Shown: in pieces, positions 38,055 to 47,132 of the stretch
Numbering within the stretch: the first letter of the stretch is position 1
How the letters are laid out: each line of letters opens with the position of its first letter
Virus record (IMG/VR): IMGVR_UViG_3300045257_000280
Coordinates: 1,377-65,376 of that record
Reading direction: 5' to 3' (one strand)
From: a virus
Taxonomy: Duplodnaviria; Caudoviricetes
Length of the DNA stretch: 64,000 bases
Notes under the pieces: generated by a model
What the model was told of the DNA's origin: nothing
The model's database searches: none
What the model saw: the letters and a program-made list of their open reading frames with translations, nothing else
Position numbers and translations under genes: made by a program

Positions 38055-39426
38055 CGACCTTCTCCCTGAGCGCATCGGTGATTCTTGCGAACACCCGGTT
38101 CCACTGCATATCGCGATCCTGGCGGAACAACCGGTGGGTTTTGCCATACCAGAGCATCGGGCTATCGCCATGACCGAGCCGGTAGTCGTGAGCGTGAAAC
38201 GAGTACGGTATCCACACCTCTTTGCCGACGTGGCCCGCGATATGGGCAAGCGCCGACTCGCAGCAGATCACCAAATCGAGATGCTGGAGGATCGCCACCG
38301 TGTCGGTCACATCCGAGACCCACGGAGACAGATCGCGCACCAGCGACTCGCAGCACCACGTCGCCAGATCCTGCTTCTTCTCGTCGATCTGAAGCGAGTA
38401 GAGCTGGATGCCCGGCGCCCGGTAGAGATCGAGAAAGTGCAGCATCGGGAACGAGCGCCACATATCGATGTCGTTCTTGGCAGCACCGGCCCATTGGATG
38501 CCAACATGGAGCTTCACGTCCGGCACTTTCCACGAATCGGTCATGCCGTAGACCGGAAGTTTGGTGTGGGGCGTCGATTTTATTGCCCCATCGGTGAGCT
38601 GCAAGGCAAACGGCAGGCTCACGAACGTGGTCCACACATCGGCGGTCGGGTACGAGGTCGAAAACGGCGTAAAGCTGACGTTCTGAAAATGGCAGAAGGT
38701 CTCGGTGAAAGCCCGCATGAGCGCCGGCTGCACCATGCAATGCAGGAACTTGGCGCGCTCGGCGGCCAGCGGGATGAAGCGCGCGAACGAAAGCGTGTCA
38801 CCCAACCCCTGATCGGCTACCAGAAACACCTGCAAGTCCGGCTCGCCTTGCCAACGCGGGTACGGGTAAGTCATGTAATTCTGCAAGCGTTCGGCGAAAC
38901 GCGACTCGAAGAACTGGAAGCCCTCGGCGTACTGCTCGTTGAACAAAAGCGCGAACGCCAGATTGAACTGGACCGCCGTGTTGTTGGGCGCCAGCTCGTG
39001 GGCTTTCCAGGCGGCTTGCACGGCCGCGGTACGCTCACCGAACTTGCCGTGGGCGTTCGACAGATTGACCCACGCGAGCGCCATGGTGGGGTCGATATCG
39101 ATGGCCTTCTGCGAACATTCCAGCGCCTGCTCAAGCTCGCCGATCTGCATGCAGCGCCACGCCATGTTGGACAGCACCTTGACCCTCTCGTCGGAGCCGA
39201 GGTCGCCGTCGAGCGCGCGGCGGTAGCAGGCGACAGCCGAATGGAAGCGGTTGAGATCGCCGTTGTGGTGACCGTTCGCGGCCCAGCCCTGGCCAAAAGT
39301 CGGATCGACCAGGCAGGCAGATTGGAACAGCCCGAACGCGTGGGTCGCCCAGGTCTCGTAGGAACGATCCTGGGTAGCCTTGTAGCCGGCGTTGAAGAAA
39401 GTTATCGCCTGCGATCTGTTACCCAC
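37996..39426 (-). CDS. TPR-repeat protein fused to a GT9/heptosyltransferase-like glycosyltransferase
   Basis: N-terminal TPRs; DQGLGDTLSFARF, SLPF.L, VGIQWAG, LYSLQ, DT.AIL.HLDLVI..ESALAHIAG. Confidence 0.88.
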   Translation of the reverse strand: MGNRSQAITFFNAGYKATQDRSYETWATHAFGLFQSACLVDPTFGQGWAANGHHNGDLNRFHSAVACYRRALDGDLGSDERVKVLSNMAWRCMQIGELEQALECSQKAIDIDPTMALAWVNLSNAHGKFGERTAAVQAAWKAHELAPNNTAVQFNLAFALLFNEQYAEGFQFFESRFAERLQNYMTYPYPRWQGEPDLQVFLVADQGLGDTLSFARFIPLAAERAKFLHCMVQPALMRAFTETFCHFQNVSFTPFSTSYPTADVWTTFVSLPFALQLTDGAIKSTPHTKLPVYGMTDSWKVPDVKLHVGIQWAGAAKNDIDMWRSFPMLHFLDLYRAPGIQLYSLQIDEKKQDLATWCCESLVRDLSPWVSDVTDTVAILQHLDLVICCESALAHIAGHVGKEVWIPYSFHAHDYRLGHGDSPMLWYGKTHRLFRQDRDMQWNRVFARITDALREKVDAIGTVDRQAGTRKQKVRA

Positions 39427-40121
39427 TACGCCGCCTCTTTCTGCAACAACCGCTGCACCTGAATCACTTGCCACGCTTTTCCTGAACGCGTCGGGTAGTG
39501 GGTGCTGAGATACTTCGCAATCCGGTTAGGCCCGTGTCCGCTCTTGGCGGCCTTCTTGGCCCATGCCTTTGCTTCCTGCTCGCGCGCATCTTCCTCAAGC
39601 TGGGCGTCGCGACCCTTGCCGACAACCCGGAAGCCGAGCGGCACGCCGCCGCCCATGAAACCGCGCCGGGCACGCTTGCCGCGGCGGCCTTCCTCGGTGC
39701 GCTCGCGGATGCGGTCACGTTCGAACTCGGCGAAACACGCCATGATGGAGAAAAACATCTTGCCGACGCCATTGCCGGTAACGGGTTCGCTTGAGATATC
39801 GATCAGCACCAGATCGACGCCTCGCTGTTTCAATTCCTCGGCGGTCTGCAACGCGTCGATGGCAGAACGGAACAGGCGGTCCATTTTGCTCGCAACGATG
39901 CAATCACCTTTCTGGAGCGAGGCGAGCATTTCCTTACCTTGCAGGCGGAAAGCGAGCGGAATCGAACCGCTCGTGTCCCGGTCGATAAAATTCACGCAGT
40001 CCTTCGAGGAAACGCCCCGCATGGCCGCCAGCGCACGACACTTTTTCAACTGCTCGGGGATCGAGACAGCGCCTTCCTCATCCTGACCAAGAGTGCTGAC
40101 GCGAGCGTAGACGAAGATCAT
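39426..40121 (-). CDS. Serine recombinase (resolvase/invertase family)
   Basis: YARVST, D..TSG, SKMDRLFRS, FAEFERDRIRERT, GG.VPLGF. Confidence 0.93.
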   Translation of the reverse strand: MIFVYARVSTLGQDEEGAVSIPEQLKKCRALAAMRGVSSKDCVNFIDRDTSGSIPLAFRLQGKEMLASLQKGDCIVASKMDRLFRSAIDALQTAEELKQRGVDLVLIDISSEPVTGNGVGKMFFSIMACFAEFERDRIRERTEEGRRGKRARRGFMGGGVPLGFRVVGKGRDAQLEEDAREQEAKAWAKKAAKSGHGPNRIAKYLSTHYPTRSGKAWQVIQVQRLLQKEAA

Positions 40122-40145
40122 AGCATATCTCCCATGTAGTACAAC

Positions 40146-40174
40146 ACACTACACGTCTGTTTTATGCAAGTCAA
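40146..40174 (-). promoter_or_regulatory. sigma70-like promoter of the recombinase gene
   Basis: TTGACT-N17-TAGTGT on the minus strand. Confidence 0.65.
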
Positions 40175-41165
40175 CCCTGCGATGCCAGCTTTCCAAGCTG
40201 CGCCGGATACCATCGGTGAGCGAGACCCGGCACTGATAGTGCTGCATCATCTGGTGGATGTCGGCCACGCGGCTGAAAACGCCCTCGGGCTTGTGGGGAT
40301 CGTTGCGCACGCTCGCGACACCGTTCGGCCCCGCGCCCGCGCAGGCAAGAACCAGCTCGGCCAGATCGAAGAACGACGTAGGGATGCCGCTGCCGAGGTT
40401 CATCGCAGTGCCGGGTTTCAGCTTGTCCTTGGTTTGCAGCACGCATTCCACAATGTCGTCGATGTGGATGAAGTCGCGCTGCTGATCGCCGCTGCCCCAT
40501 ACCATCACGGGATTCACGTTCTCGACGACGCGCTTGCAAATCGAGGGGAAGGGGTATGAAAGATTTTGATCTTCTCCATATCCACCGAACGGCCGGTAGA
40601 TCACCACGTCGAGACCGTATTTCTCCACGGCGAACTTCGCCAGGTACTCGCCGGTCAGCTTAGCCCAGCCGTAGGTCATGTCCGGCTTGCCGATGCGCGT
40701 GCCGTCGAAATGGACGAGATGTTCGGCGAGCGCGCAGTGATTGTCCTTGGTCTGAAGCTCCAGCGGGTAGACGGCCGAGGACGAGAAGTAGACCACCTTG
40801 GTCTTGGTGGCGCGGCAGAGCGTAAGCCAGTGAAAAAATTCTGCGTCGATGCTGAGATCGGTGGCGACCGCCAGCGGGTCTTCCTCGATTTTTATTCTGC
40901 CGCCCACGATGGCGGCGCAATGGATGATCAGGTCGAAACGGTTGGCGGCCCACAAAGAGCCGGGACCGGCGCCCAGCATCCAGGCGCGCACGTCGCTGAT
41001 CATAAGCTGAAAGCGTTCGAGAGATTGCGGCTGGAACATCCAATCGTGACGCTCCATGCCGGACGAAAGATTATCCACGGCCGCAACCGTGTGGCCGTCG
41101 TCGAGCAGGCGGCGGACGAAGGCACGCCCCACGAACCCATTTGACCCGGTGACCAAGCACTTCAT
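40149..41165 (-). CDS. NAD-dependent nucleotide-sugar epimerase/dehydratase
   Basis: VTGSNGFVG, HCAA, FSSSAVY, YGWAK, VWGSGDQQRDFIHIDD. Confidence 0.93.
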   Translation of the reverse strand: MKCLVTGSNGFVGRAFVRRLLDDGHTVAAVDNLSSGMERHDWMFQPQSLERFQLMISDVRAWMLGAGPGSLWAANRFDLIIHCAAIVGGRIKIEEDPLAVATDLSIDAEFFHWLTLCRATKTKVVYFSSSAVYPLELQTKDNHCALAEHLVHFDGTRIGKPDMTYGWAKLTGEYLAKFAVEKYGLDVVIYRPFGGYGEDQNLSYPFPSICKRVVENVNPVMVWGSGDQQRDFIHIDDIVECVLQTKDKLKPGTAMNLGSGIPTSFFDLAELVLACAGAGPNGVASVRNDPHKPEGVFSRVADIHQMMQHYQCRVSLTDGIRRSLESWHRRVDLHKTDV

Positions 41166-41359
41166 TTTACTACTCGCGCTACTTGCGAAGCATTGTGAAT
41201 AAAAAGCCGCCCGCATGAATCTTCTACAACGCAGCGCACTTTACTGTTTATTTTCAAAAATACCGCAACTATATGCCCTTCGTACTGATAGTCACTTCCG
41301 TTCACCTGTACACGATGATTGACAAACTCGTTTATATTAAAAAGTTCCTGATCGGTCAC
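41162..41359 (-). CDS. Small SH3-like hypothetical protein
   Basis: AT-richer 65-aa ORF with YEGHIVAVF..RCVVED..LFIHN. Confidence 0.55.
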   Translation of the reverse strand: MTDQELFNINEFVNHRVQVNGSDYQYEGHIVAVFLKINSKVRCVVEDSCGRLFIHNASQVARVVK

Positions 41360-42669
41360 AACTCCACCCTCCCATGTGGCAAAGTATTCCAGTCGAACTT
41401 GAACCCGCCTACGGCGGGCTGGTCGTCGCGGCATCGAATCGCGTAGAAACAGCAGCCCGGACTCGTCATGGTGATGCGGATGGTCCGGTAGGTGCAGTTG
41501 CCCGGTATGGTCACGGCGATGAGCTGGCCCTGCGGTCCCTCGGGCGGCAACACGGGACGCGAGTCGAAACCCGAGGCTTCATCGACGATGTGGACCTGTC
41601 CGCCTTCTTTCCCACCGCCCAGCATGACCTCGCAGGGGCCATAGACCGGAATGAAAATTCGTGAATCGAAGTCGTCCTGATGGTTGTCGGCGATCCACCC
41701 GAACGGGCCGAAGCCAGGGGCGTCGCGGAGTTTCCACGATCCCTCGTAGCGTCCGCCAAGTGCCGCAATCTGGTGAGCGAAGATGGTCTGGCCGCGGGCA
41801 GTGTCGCGATGGAACAGGGAGTCGGGAAGGATGAGTTTGCCTTCGCGAATTTGCTGGAGGCGGTCGCGATAGGTTTCGAACAGCTTGTCGTCGATACGGT
41901 CAGTGACGGGGCCGGTTGCAATCGTCAGTCCTTGTTCTTCAAGCGGCGGCACTTGGCCGAGCATCTGGACTGGCGATGGCGTGAGTGCCAGGGATGCGTA
42001 GCCGTGGCTGGCGAGCAGGGCGTCCCATCTCCAGTCACTTACGAGAAAATGTTCGGAGCCGCGGAAAGCCCAATAGGCGCCAATGTCCGTCGAGGTGAGC
42101 TGAGCGAATACCGCGCGGTTCTCGGTCGTCCATTGAGTGCGGTACTGGTTGAGCACGAGCTGGGCGGCTTCGCGAGTGAAGATCACCATACCAGCGCCGA
42201 GGTTGTGGCAAATCGCGTAGCCGGGGCGCTGGATCAGGATGCGGTCCTCGTAGCAACGCGCGCTGACGGCGCCGACTGTGAGGCCATCCTGGGTGCCTTG
42301 CTCGAACAGCGCCATGGTTTTGTCGAACCAGCCGTTTTCTAAAAGCACGTCGTTTTCGACGAGGCCGATGTAGTCATACGCTTGGTCTTCTGCCGAAAAG
42401 CCCTGCGCGTCGTTCTTCAGTACGCGCCCCATGCCGAGCATTTTGGACAGCGCGTAGATGATCGCTGCGCCCGAGCCGCCGGTCACATCCTCGTGCATCG
42501 CCAAATGCTGATTGCGCGCTTGTAAACATGCATACGCTATGCCCTCGCGGGTCTTACTTCCATCAACCCAATGCAGATCGAATTTGCCGGGCTGCAACAG
42601 CGGCTCGATCGACTGGCGGGACAGTTCGGTTCTGTCGCAAGTGCTGAAGGCGATGGCGACGCGGTTCAT
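41356..42669 (-). CDS. GT-A fold glycosyltransferase with C-terminal beta domain
   Basis: AIAFSTCDR, WVDGS, YIGLVENDVLL (DxD-like), AGMVIFTRE. Confidence 0.75.
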   Translation of the reverse strand: MNRVAIAFSTCDRTELSRQSIEPLLQPGKFDLHWVDGSKTREGIAYACLQARNQHLAMHEDVTGGSGAAIIYALSKMLGMGRVLKNDAQGFSAEDQAYDYIGLVENDVLLENGWFDKTMALFEQGTQDGLTVGAVSARCYEDRILIQRPGYAICHNLGAGMVIFTREAAQLVLNQYRTQWTTENRAVFAQLTSTDIGAYWAFRGSEHFLVSDWRWDALLASHGYASLALTPSPVQMLGQVPPLEEQGLTIATGPVTDRIDDKLFETYRDRLQQIREGKLILPDSLFHRDTARGQTIFAHQIAALGGRYEGSWKLRDAPGFGPFGWIADNHQDDFDSRIFIPVYGPCEVMLGGGKEGGQVHIVDEASGFDSRPVLPPEGPQGQLIAVTIPGNCTYRTIRITMTSPGCCFYAIRCRDDQPAVGGFKFDWNTLPHGRVEL

Positions 42670-42941
42670 TTGTGCTTACGCCGTTTCTTGGACGCTTTGC
42701 GGGCACGCTTATCTGCGCCGACAAACTCGCCTCGCGCTTCGCGGATGATCTCGTTGATGAAAGTTGGCGGCGGGTTGACGATCGGCTCAAGCGCGTCCGG
42801 CTGCACTTGGACATTCAAATGCTTAAGGATTGCATCCTGGCGCCACTGAATGCCGCGAACGATATGCTTGATCGAATCCAACTCGTTGCCGATCATGCGA
42901 GTAAGATTTTCAAGAGCCTGAGTCCGTTGTTTTGCATTCAT
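42666..42941 (-). CDS. Hypothetical protein with basic C-terminal tail
   Basis: ORF coupled on both sides. Confidence 0.55.
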   Translation of the reverse strand: MNAKQRTQALENLTRMIGNELDSIKHIVRGIQWRQDAILKHLNVQVQPDALEPIVNPPPTFINEIIREARGEFVGADKRARKASKKRRKHK

Positions 42942-43930
42942 AACACTGCCTCGCAATCCTCATACCACGCCATCGCGGCCTCCAGCTCCGGGCCTTTCCA
43001 ACCTTCGACCAAAATTCTGCACTGCTCAACCACGCTACCAGCCCGCAAAGGCGCGCGCGCCAGATAGTCGGCATACTCGACGATGTGGTCCACGCCGTAG
43101 CGCTCGGCTTTGAGATCGTTGAGCAGCGGACGAGGGGCGCGGGCGTGATAGGCCATGGGGGGGCCGTAGAACGTGTACAGATTGCGCTCCTGCATGATGC
43201 GGCGCATCAGCATAGACGCGAAGATGTCGGTGTTTCTTTGCTGCGCGAAGTAGAACTGGGCGAACGCGGGTGCCAGCTCGGCGCGGAAGATCGTGAACTG
43301 GGAGTTGAAGACCGCGTGAGCGGCCGGATCGACCACGAAGCCCGAGCGCAAGATGTCGGTGACGCCCGTGACGATCGGGCGGTTGGCGATTGCCGTGCAG
43401 GCGTCGGTGTCGGGGACACCCAAGATGATGCCCTGCGCAGCGCCGATCTGGACGTTGCAGGCACCATGCACTTCCAAATAATAAATTTGGTCGTAAGGTA
43501 TGCCGCGAGCGAGAGTAGGCGGCAACGCGAACGAACTGTGGTCGAACCACTGCTTGGGCGCGCCGAGTTTCAACCCAGACCACTCGGTAAAGAACAGCAT
43601 GTTCCAATCAAAGAAGGGGTCGCTGGTAGGGAGCATATCGTCATCGCAAGACATGATCAGGTCCGGCTTCCACTTCATAGCTTCGAGCAGCGCGAAATTC
43701 CTGCGGCTGTCGGTTTTCCAGCCGATCAGTTCGGACGACTTGTAGTTCTTGCGCTGCTGATCGTGGGCGCTCAGATAGATGCAGTTGGGGATGGATTCAC
43801 AAAAATCGTAAGTGGCTTCCGGCGTCTTGAGGTCGGCGGCGACGAAGAACATCACGTCGGCGTCGAATGCGCGGTAGAGCTGGAGGACGCGCGGGACGTT
43901 GATGGTGGTGGTTATCAGCGCGACCTTCAC
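42938..43930 (-). CDS. STELLO/RGP (GT75)-like glycosyltransferase or nucleotide-sugar mutase
   Basis: ITTTINVP, VAADLKTP, RRNFALLEA, IMSCDDDMLP, RGIPY, PDTDA, FNSQ. Confidence 0.75.
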   Translation of the reverse strand: MKVALITTTINVPRVLQLYRAFDADVMFFVAADLKTPEATYDFCESIPNCIYLSAHDQQRKNYKSSELIGWKTDSRRNFALLEAMKWKPDLIMSCDDDMLPTSDPFFDWNMLFFTEWSGLKLGAPKQWFDHSSFALPPTLARGIPYDQIYYLEVHGACNVQIGAAQGIILGVPDTDACTAIANRPIVTGVTDILRSGFVVDPAAHAVFNSQFTIFRAELAPAFAQFYFAQQRNTDIFASMLMRRIMQERNLYTFYGPPMAYHARAPRPLLNDLKAERYGVDHIVEYADYLARAPLRAGSVVEQCRILVEGWKGPELEAAMAWYEDCEAVL

Positions 43931-44100
43931 TTCTGTTCCTCCCCCGGCTTGTTGTGCCTCGCCTTCATGTGCGCCGAGCGCCACTGTTCGAGAATCATCA
44001 CGATCATCTGGCTGAGCTTGCGGTTGTCGGCGTCGGCGCGGCGGCGCAGGAAGTCCTTGAGCATCTTGGGGATGCGGATCGAGGTCGGTTGGTTGTACAT
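43927..44100 (-). CDS. Arc-like ribbon-helix-helix regulator (57 aa)
   Basis: Manual translation MYNQPTSIRIPKMLKDFLRRRADADNRKLSQMIVMILEQW...; coupled to both neighbours. Confidence 0.75.
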   Translation of the reverse strand: MYNQPTSIRIPKMLKDFLRRRADADNRKLSQMIVMILEQWRSAHMKARHNKPGEEQK

Positions 44101-44345
44101 CAGCTAGGCAAGCCCCGCAGATGGTCGGCGCACAGATGCTCGCGCAATTCGTAGCTCGCGTCGTAATCCTCGCTCGGATCGATTGGCGAGATAACCAGTC
44201 TGTCGTCCTCAGTGTAGCCGATCAAATAATGCACGATACCCGCCACGTCGATCTTGCTGCCCAACGGGAATTCCTCAGCGAGCTTCTGCACGCATTCCGG
44301 TCGTGTCTTCAACCATTCGACAAATGCTGGGGCGGGGGTTGCCAT
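44100..44345 (-). CDS. Hypothetical protein
   Basis: MATPAPAFVEWLKTRPECVQKLAEEFP... Confidence 0.6.
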   Translation of the reverse strand: MATPAPAFVEWLKTRPECVQKLAEEFPLGSKIDVAGIVHYLIGYTEDDRLVISPIDPSEDYDASYELREHLCADHLRGLPS

Positions 44346-44364
44346 AGAAGTCTCACCAAGAAAG

Positions 44365-44475
44365 TGATTTGCCGCGTCGTAGCGAAGCGAAGACGGGAGG
44401 CCGGGCAGCACTGGTGCAGACATGGGAGGGAAGGCTGCCCGGCTAGCGCCTCGCGGTGGGGACCCCAAGGCGCAG
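44365..44475 (-). ncRNA. Structured leader or small RNA with C-rich anti-SD loop (candidate)
   Basis: Follows a promoter; GCGCCU/AGGCGC stem, and a 10-bp GCCGGGCAGC/GCUGCCCGGC stem with loop CUUCCCUCCCAUGU. Confidence 0.4.
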
Positions 44476-44479
44476 AAGC

Positions 44480-44508
44480 AGTGTAGTTTGTTGTAGTTTT
44501 TAAGTCAA
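44480..44508 (-). promoter_or_regulatory. sigma70-like promoter of the glycan operon
   Basis: TTGACT-N17-TACACT. Confidence 0.7.
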
Positions 44509-44804
44509 GCCCCGCCGATACCACCGGGCGAAGATAGCGTTCGGACGTTGCTTGGCGCAGCATCTTCGCCGCGACCGTCGATCCAATCGTCGTAATTCTC
44601 GGGCGGCCGGATCCCAACCTCCATCAGCTCGCGCGAGGTGAAGGGCTTGTTGGGATCGCGGAACTCGATCTGCGGGGGCCGCGGGGTGAACAGGCCCGCC
44701 AGGAAAGAAGAAAAAGAAAGCAAGAAAATTCCGGCGACGAGGTAGTCGTTGAGGATCAGGGCGACGGCTGAGCCGACCAGAAAGAGGGGGATGAGGGTTT
44801 TCAT
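44505..44804 (-). CDS. Two-TM membrane protein
   Basis: Hydrophobic N-terminal half. Confidence 0.6.
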   Translation of the reverse strand: MKTLIPLFLVGSAVALILNDYLVAGIFLLSFSSFLAGLFTPRPPQIEFRDPNKPFTSRELMEVGIRPPENYDDWIDGRGEDAAPSNVRTLSSPGGIGGA

Positions 44805-45001
44805 TTGGGCTGTGCCTTGTTGATGACCGCAGTGGCCTGCTCGTAAGCATCGAGGGCGAGCTTGAAGCCGCGCTCGAAGCGGTCGATCGGAGTGGATTTG
44901 TCTTGGGTGAAAAGTGGATTGGCGAGGGATTGGATCAGGGTTTCGAACAGTTTCGAGAGGTGGTCGTCTAGGGATTTGTCTAGGGCGGGTTTTAGGTTCA
45001 T
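44801..45001 (-). CDS. Hypothetical protein
   Basis: MNLKPALDK.., coupled ORF. Confidence 0.55.
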   Translation of the reverse strand: MNLKPALDKSLDDHLSKLFETLIQSLANPLFTQDKSTPIDRFERGFKLALDAYEQATAVINKAQPK

Positions 45002-46254
45002 GGCGAAGCCTGTGCGGGTTGAAGCGTAGCGCTCGGCACTGAAGGCGTCAAACCGCACCGCCGCTCGGCCATCTGGACGTAGTCGGCGTTGAGTTCAATC
45101 AGAATGGCGTGACGATTTAATTTGTTGGCCACCATGCCGACCGTGCCGCTGCCGGCGAAGGGGTCGAGAACCACAGAAGATTCGGGGGAGCCAGCGAGGA
45201 TGCACGGCTCCACGAGATCGGGCGGGAAGGTGGCGAAGTGAGCTTCCTTGAAGGGCTTGGTGGTGATGGTCCAGACCGAGCGGCGATTGCGCTTTGCGAT
45301 ATCCCACGTATCTTCTCGCCGATCAGGACGGTGCGTGCCAACGGATTGCCCTGGGAAAACTTCCGCGCGTTTAGAATTGGCACGCTTAAAAGAATTGCGA
45401 GCACTGCGTCCAACCGCCTTCATGGCGCCATTCGTTTTACCTGGTACGCGCTCGCTGCCGTGCTGCTGAGCGAGAGTTGGCTGCGATAGTCGCGCTTTTG
45501 TAGATTCAGTCGTTGGTTCCGAAATGGCATCCGAATCGAAATAATATTTCGGCGCTTTGCTCAGCATGAACAGGTACTCGTGCGACTTGGTGCAACGGTC
45601 GCGCACGGATTCGGGCATCGGGTTCGGTTTTGCCCAGATGATGTCCTGCCGCAGATACCAGCCATCTTGTTGGAGAGCGAACGCTACGCGCCAGGGGATG
45701 CCACAGAGGTCTTTGTGTTTCAGTCCTGGCGTGCCGCGCTTCTTGCCAAATTCCATCGGCACGTCGTTCCACCCCGGGCGCTCGGCAGCAAATTTTCCAC
45801 CGCCGCCTCGGCCGCCGCCCACGTAGGAGTCGCCGAGGTTTAACCAGAGCGTGCCATCCGGGCGCAAGATGCGACGAACTTCGCGGAAAATTTCTACGAT
45901 GTGCTCGACGAACGCGAGCGGCGTGCTTTCGAGGCCGAGCGCGCCGCGCCAGGCGCCGCAAATATTGCAAGTCGCATCCGTGCGCCAGCGCGCATCCTTC
46001 AGGCGCTGTGCGTTTTGCTCGCCGGCTTTCGAGAATGCTTCGGCGCAGCCGTTGGATTTTGCCGCCGAGTTCTCGGTGTACCAGCGATGCTCCACGAAGT
46101 CGTGCGCGCAGGATTCGACGCCGCCCCAGATTTGCGCTTCGCCACCGTAATTTCGAAGCCCCCAATACGGCGGCGAGGTCACGCAGGTCTGGATGCAATT
46201 GTCCTTCAAGGATTTGAGGACAGTGAGGGCGTTGCCTTGGACGATTTTGATCAT
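44998..46254 (-). CDS. Orphan DNA methyltransferase (N4-C/N6-A, beta class)
   Basis: TSPPYWGLR, WLNLGDSY, DIIWAKPNPMPES, HFATFP, VLDPFAGSGT. Confidence 0.95.
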   Translation of the reverse strand: MIKIVQGNALTVLKSLKDNCIQTCVTSPPYWGLRNYGGEAQIWGGVESCAHDFVEHRWYTENSAAKSNGCAEAFSKAGEQNAQRLKDARWRTDATCNICGAWRGALGLESTPLAFVEHIVEIFREVRRILRPDGTLWLNLGDSYVGGGRGGGGKFAAERPGWNDVPMEFGKKRGTPGLKHKDLCGIPWRVAFALQQDGWYLRQDIIWAKPNPMPESVRDRCTKSHEYLFMLSKAPKYYFDSDAISEPTTESTKARLSQPTLAQQHGSERVPGKTNGAMKAVGRSARNSFKRANSKRAEVFPGQSVGTHRPDRREDTWDIAKRNRRSVWTITTKPFKEAHFATFPPDLVEPCILAGSPESSVVLDPFAGSGTVGMVANKLNRHAILIELNADYVQMAERRCGLTPSVPSATLQPAQASP

Positions 46255-46331
46255 CGGGCAAGCATATTGATGATGGTGCCGATTAGGAAGCACAAGGAAC
46301 CGGCGAGATAAAAATAATTGGCCATGCGCCA

Positions 46332-46360
46332 ACCGTAACGCAAACTACAATGTAGTGCAA
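46332..46360 (-). promoter_or_regulatory. sigma70-like promoter with palindromic operator ACTACA-A-TGTAGT
   Basis: TTGCAC-N17-TACGGT upstream of the methyltransferase. Confidence 0.55.
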
Positions 46361-46730
46361 GCACCGAAATTTTTACTGGAAAAAATTTTTTGGCTGGGGG
46401 AATACGAGTAGCGCTGCCTGAAATCCTGGTTGAGCTAGGACCATCGCACCCGCGAAACGAGCGGGGTGCCGGCGCCTGGTGCTAAGTCGATTAGGTCCGG
46501 TGTAGTACATCACGCGAATGTGATCTGGCGCGCTCGATCGGCCTCGATCGCACCTATACCCCTACCCCTATAACGGCACGGCCTAGATAATCCGGCATGG
46601 TGCTTACGGTGTTGTAACAAAGTAAGCCCGCTCCCTGGGACGCTCCAGCTCCAAAGACCTAGGAAGCCGCTACCAGGCGCGACGCGGATCCCCGCTGGCG
46701 CCGATCGGCCGGCTTTGCTACCGATTCGCC

Positions 46731-47132
46731 ATGCCAGAGCTGCAACGGAATTTCGCGCAAGCCACGCGGACAGACGTGCTTCAAGACGTAGCCGATCGGT
46801 TGCCAAAGCAAGTCGCCCTACCGCTTTTTGAAGCCGCTTTATTGCGCCTAGGATTGTCAGGGAATAACGCGGAAGTGACGGCGCTATTCGCTGGCCGCGC
46901 CACATGGAATCAAATCAGGGATTGGCGCCGTGGCCGCAATCGCGTGCCGAAATGGGCATGGGATTATTTAGGTGTTTTGCTTGATCGGATGATAGCCGAC
47001 GCAACAGCAATTCGCGTCAGCACGGCTAACCCGCCAAACGTCGCCAAAGGACAAGGCTCGCACCGCAACATCGCCGCCTGGAACGCCCGCCGCGCGGTCC
47101 TACGCTCTAAAAACGAAAAGGCCGGCGGTTAA
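46731..47132 (+). CDS. Putative HTH DNA-binding protein
   Basis: ATWNQIRDWRRGRNRVP resembles an XRE recognition helix; terminator follows. Confidence 0.45.
   Translation: MPELQRNFAQATRTDVLQDVADRLPKQVALPLFEAALLRLGLSGNNAEVTALFAGRATWNQIRDWRRGRNRVPKWAWDYLGVLLDRMIADATAIRVSTANPPNVAKGQGSHRNIAAWNARRAVLRSKNEKAGG

Noticed and set aside
44998-46254. Restriction-modification system
   Set aside because: No cognate restriction endonuclease adjacent; an orphan phage methyltransferase is commonplace.
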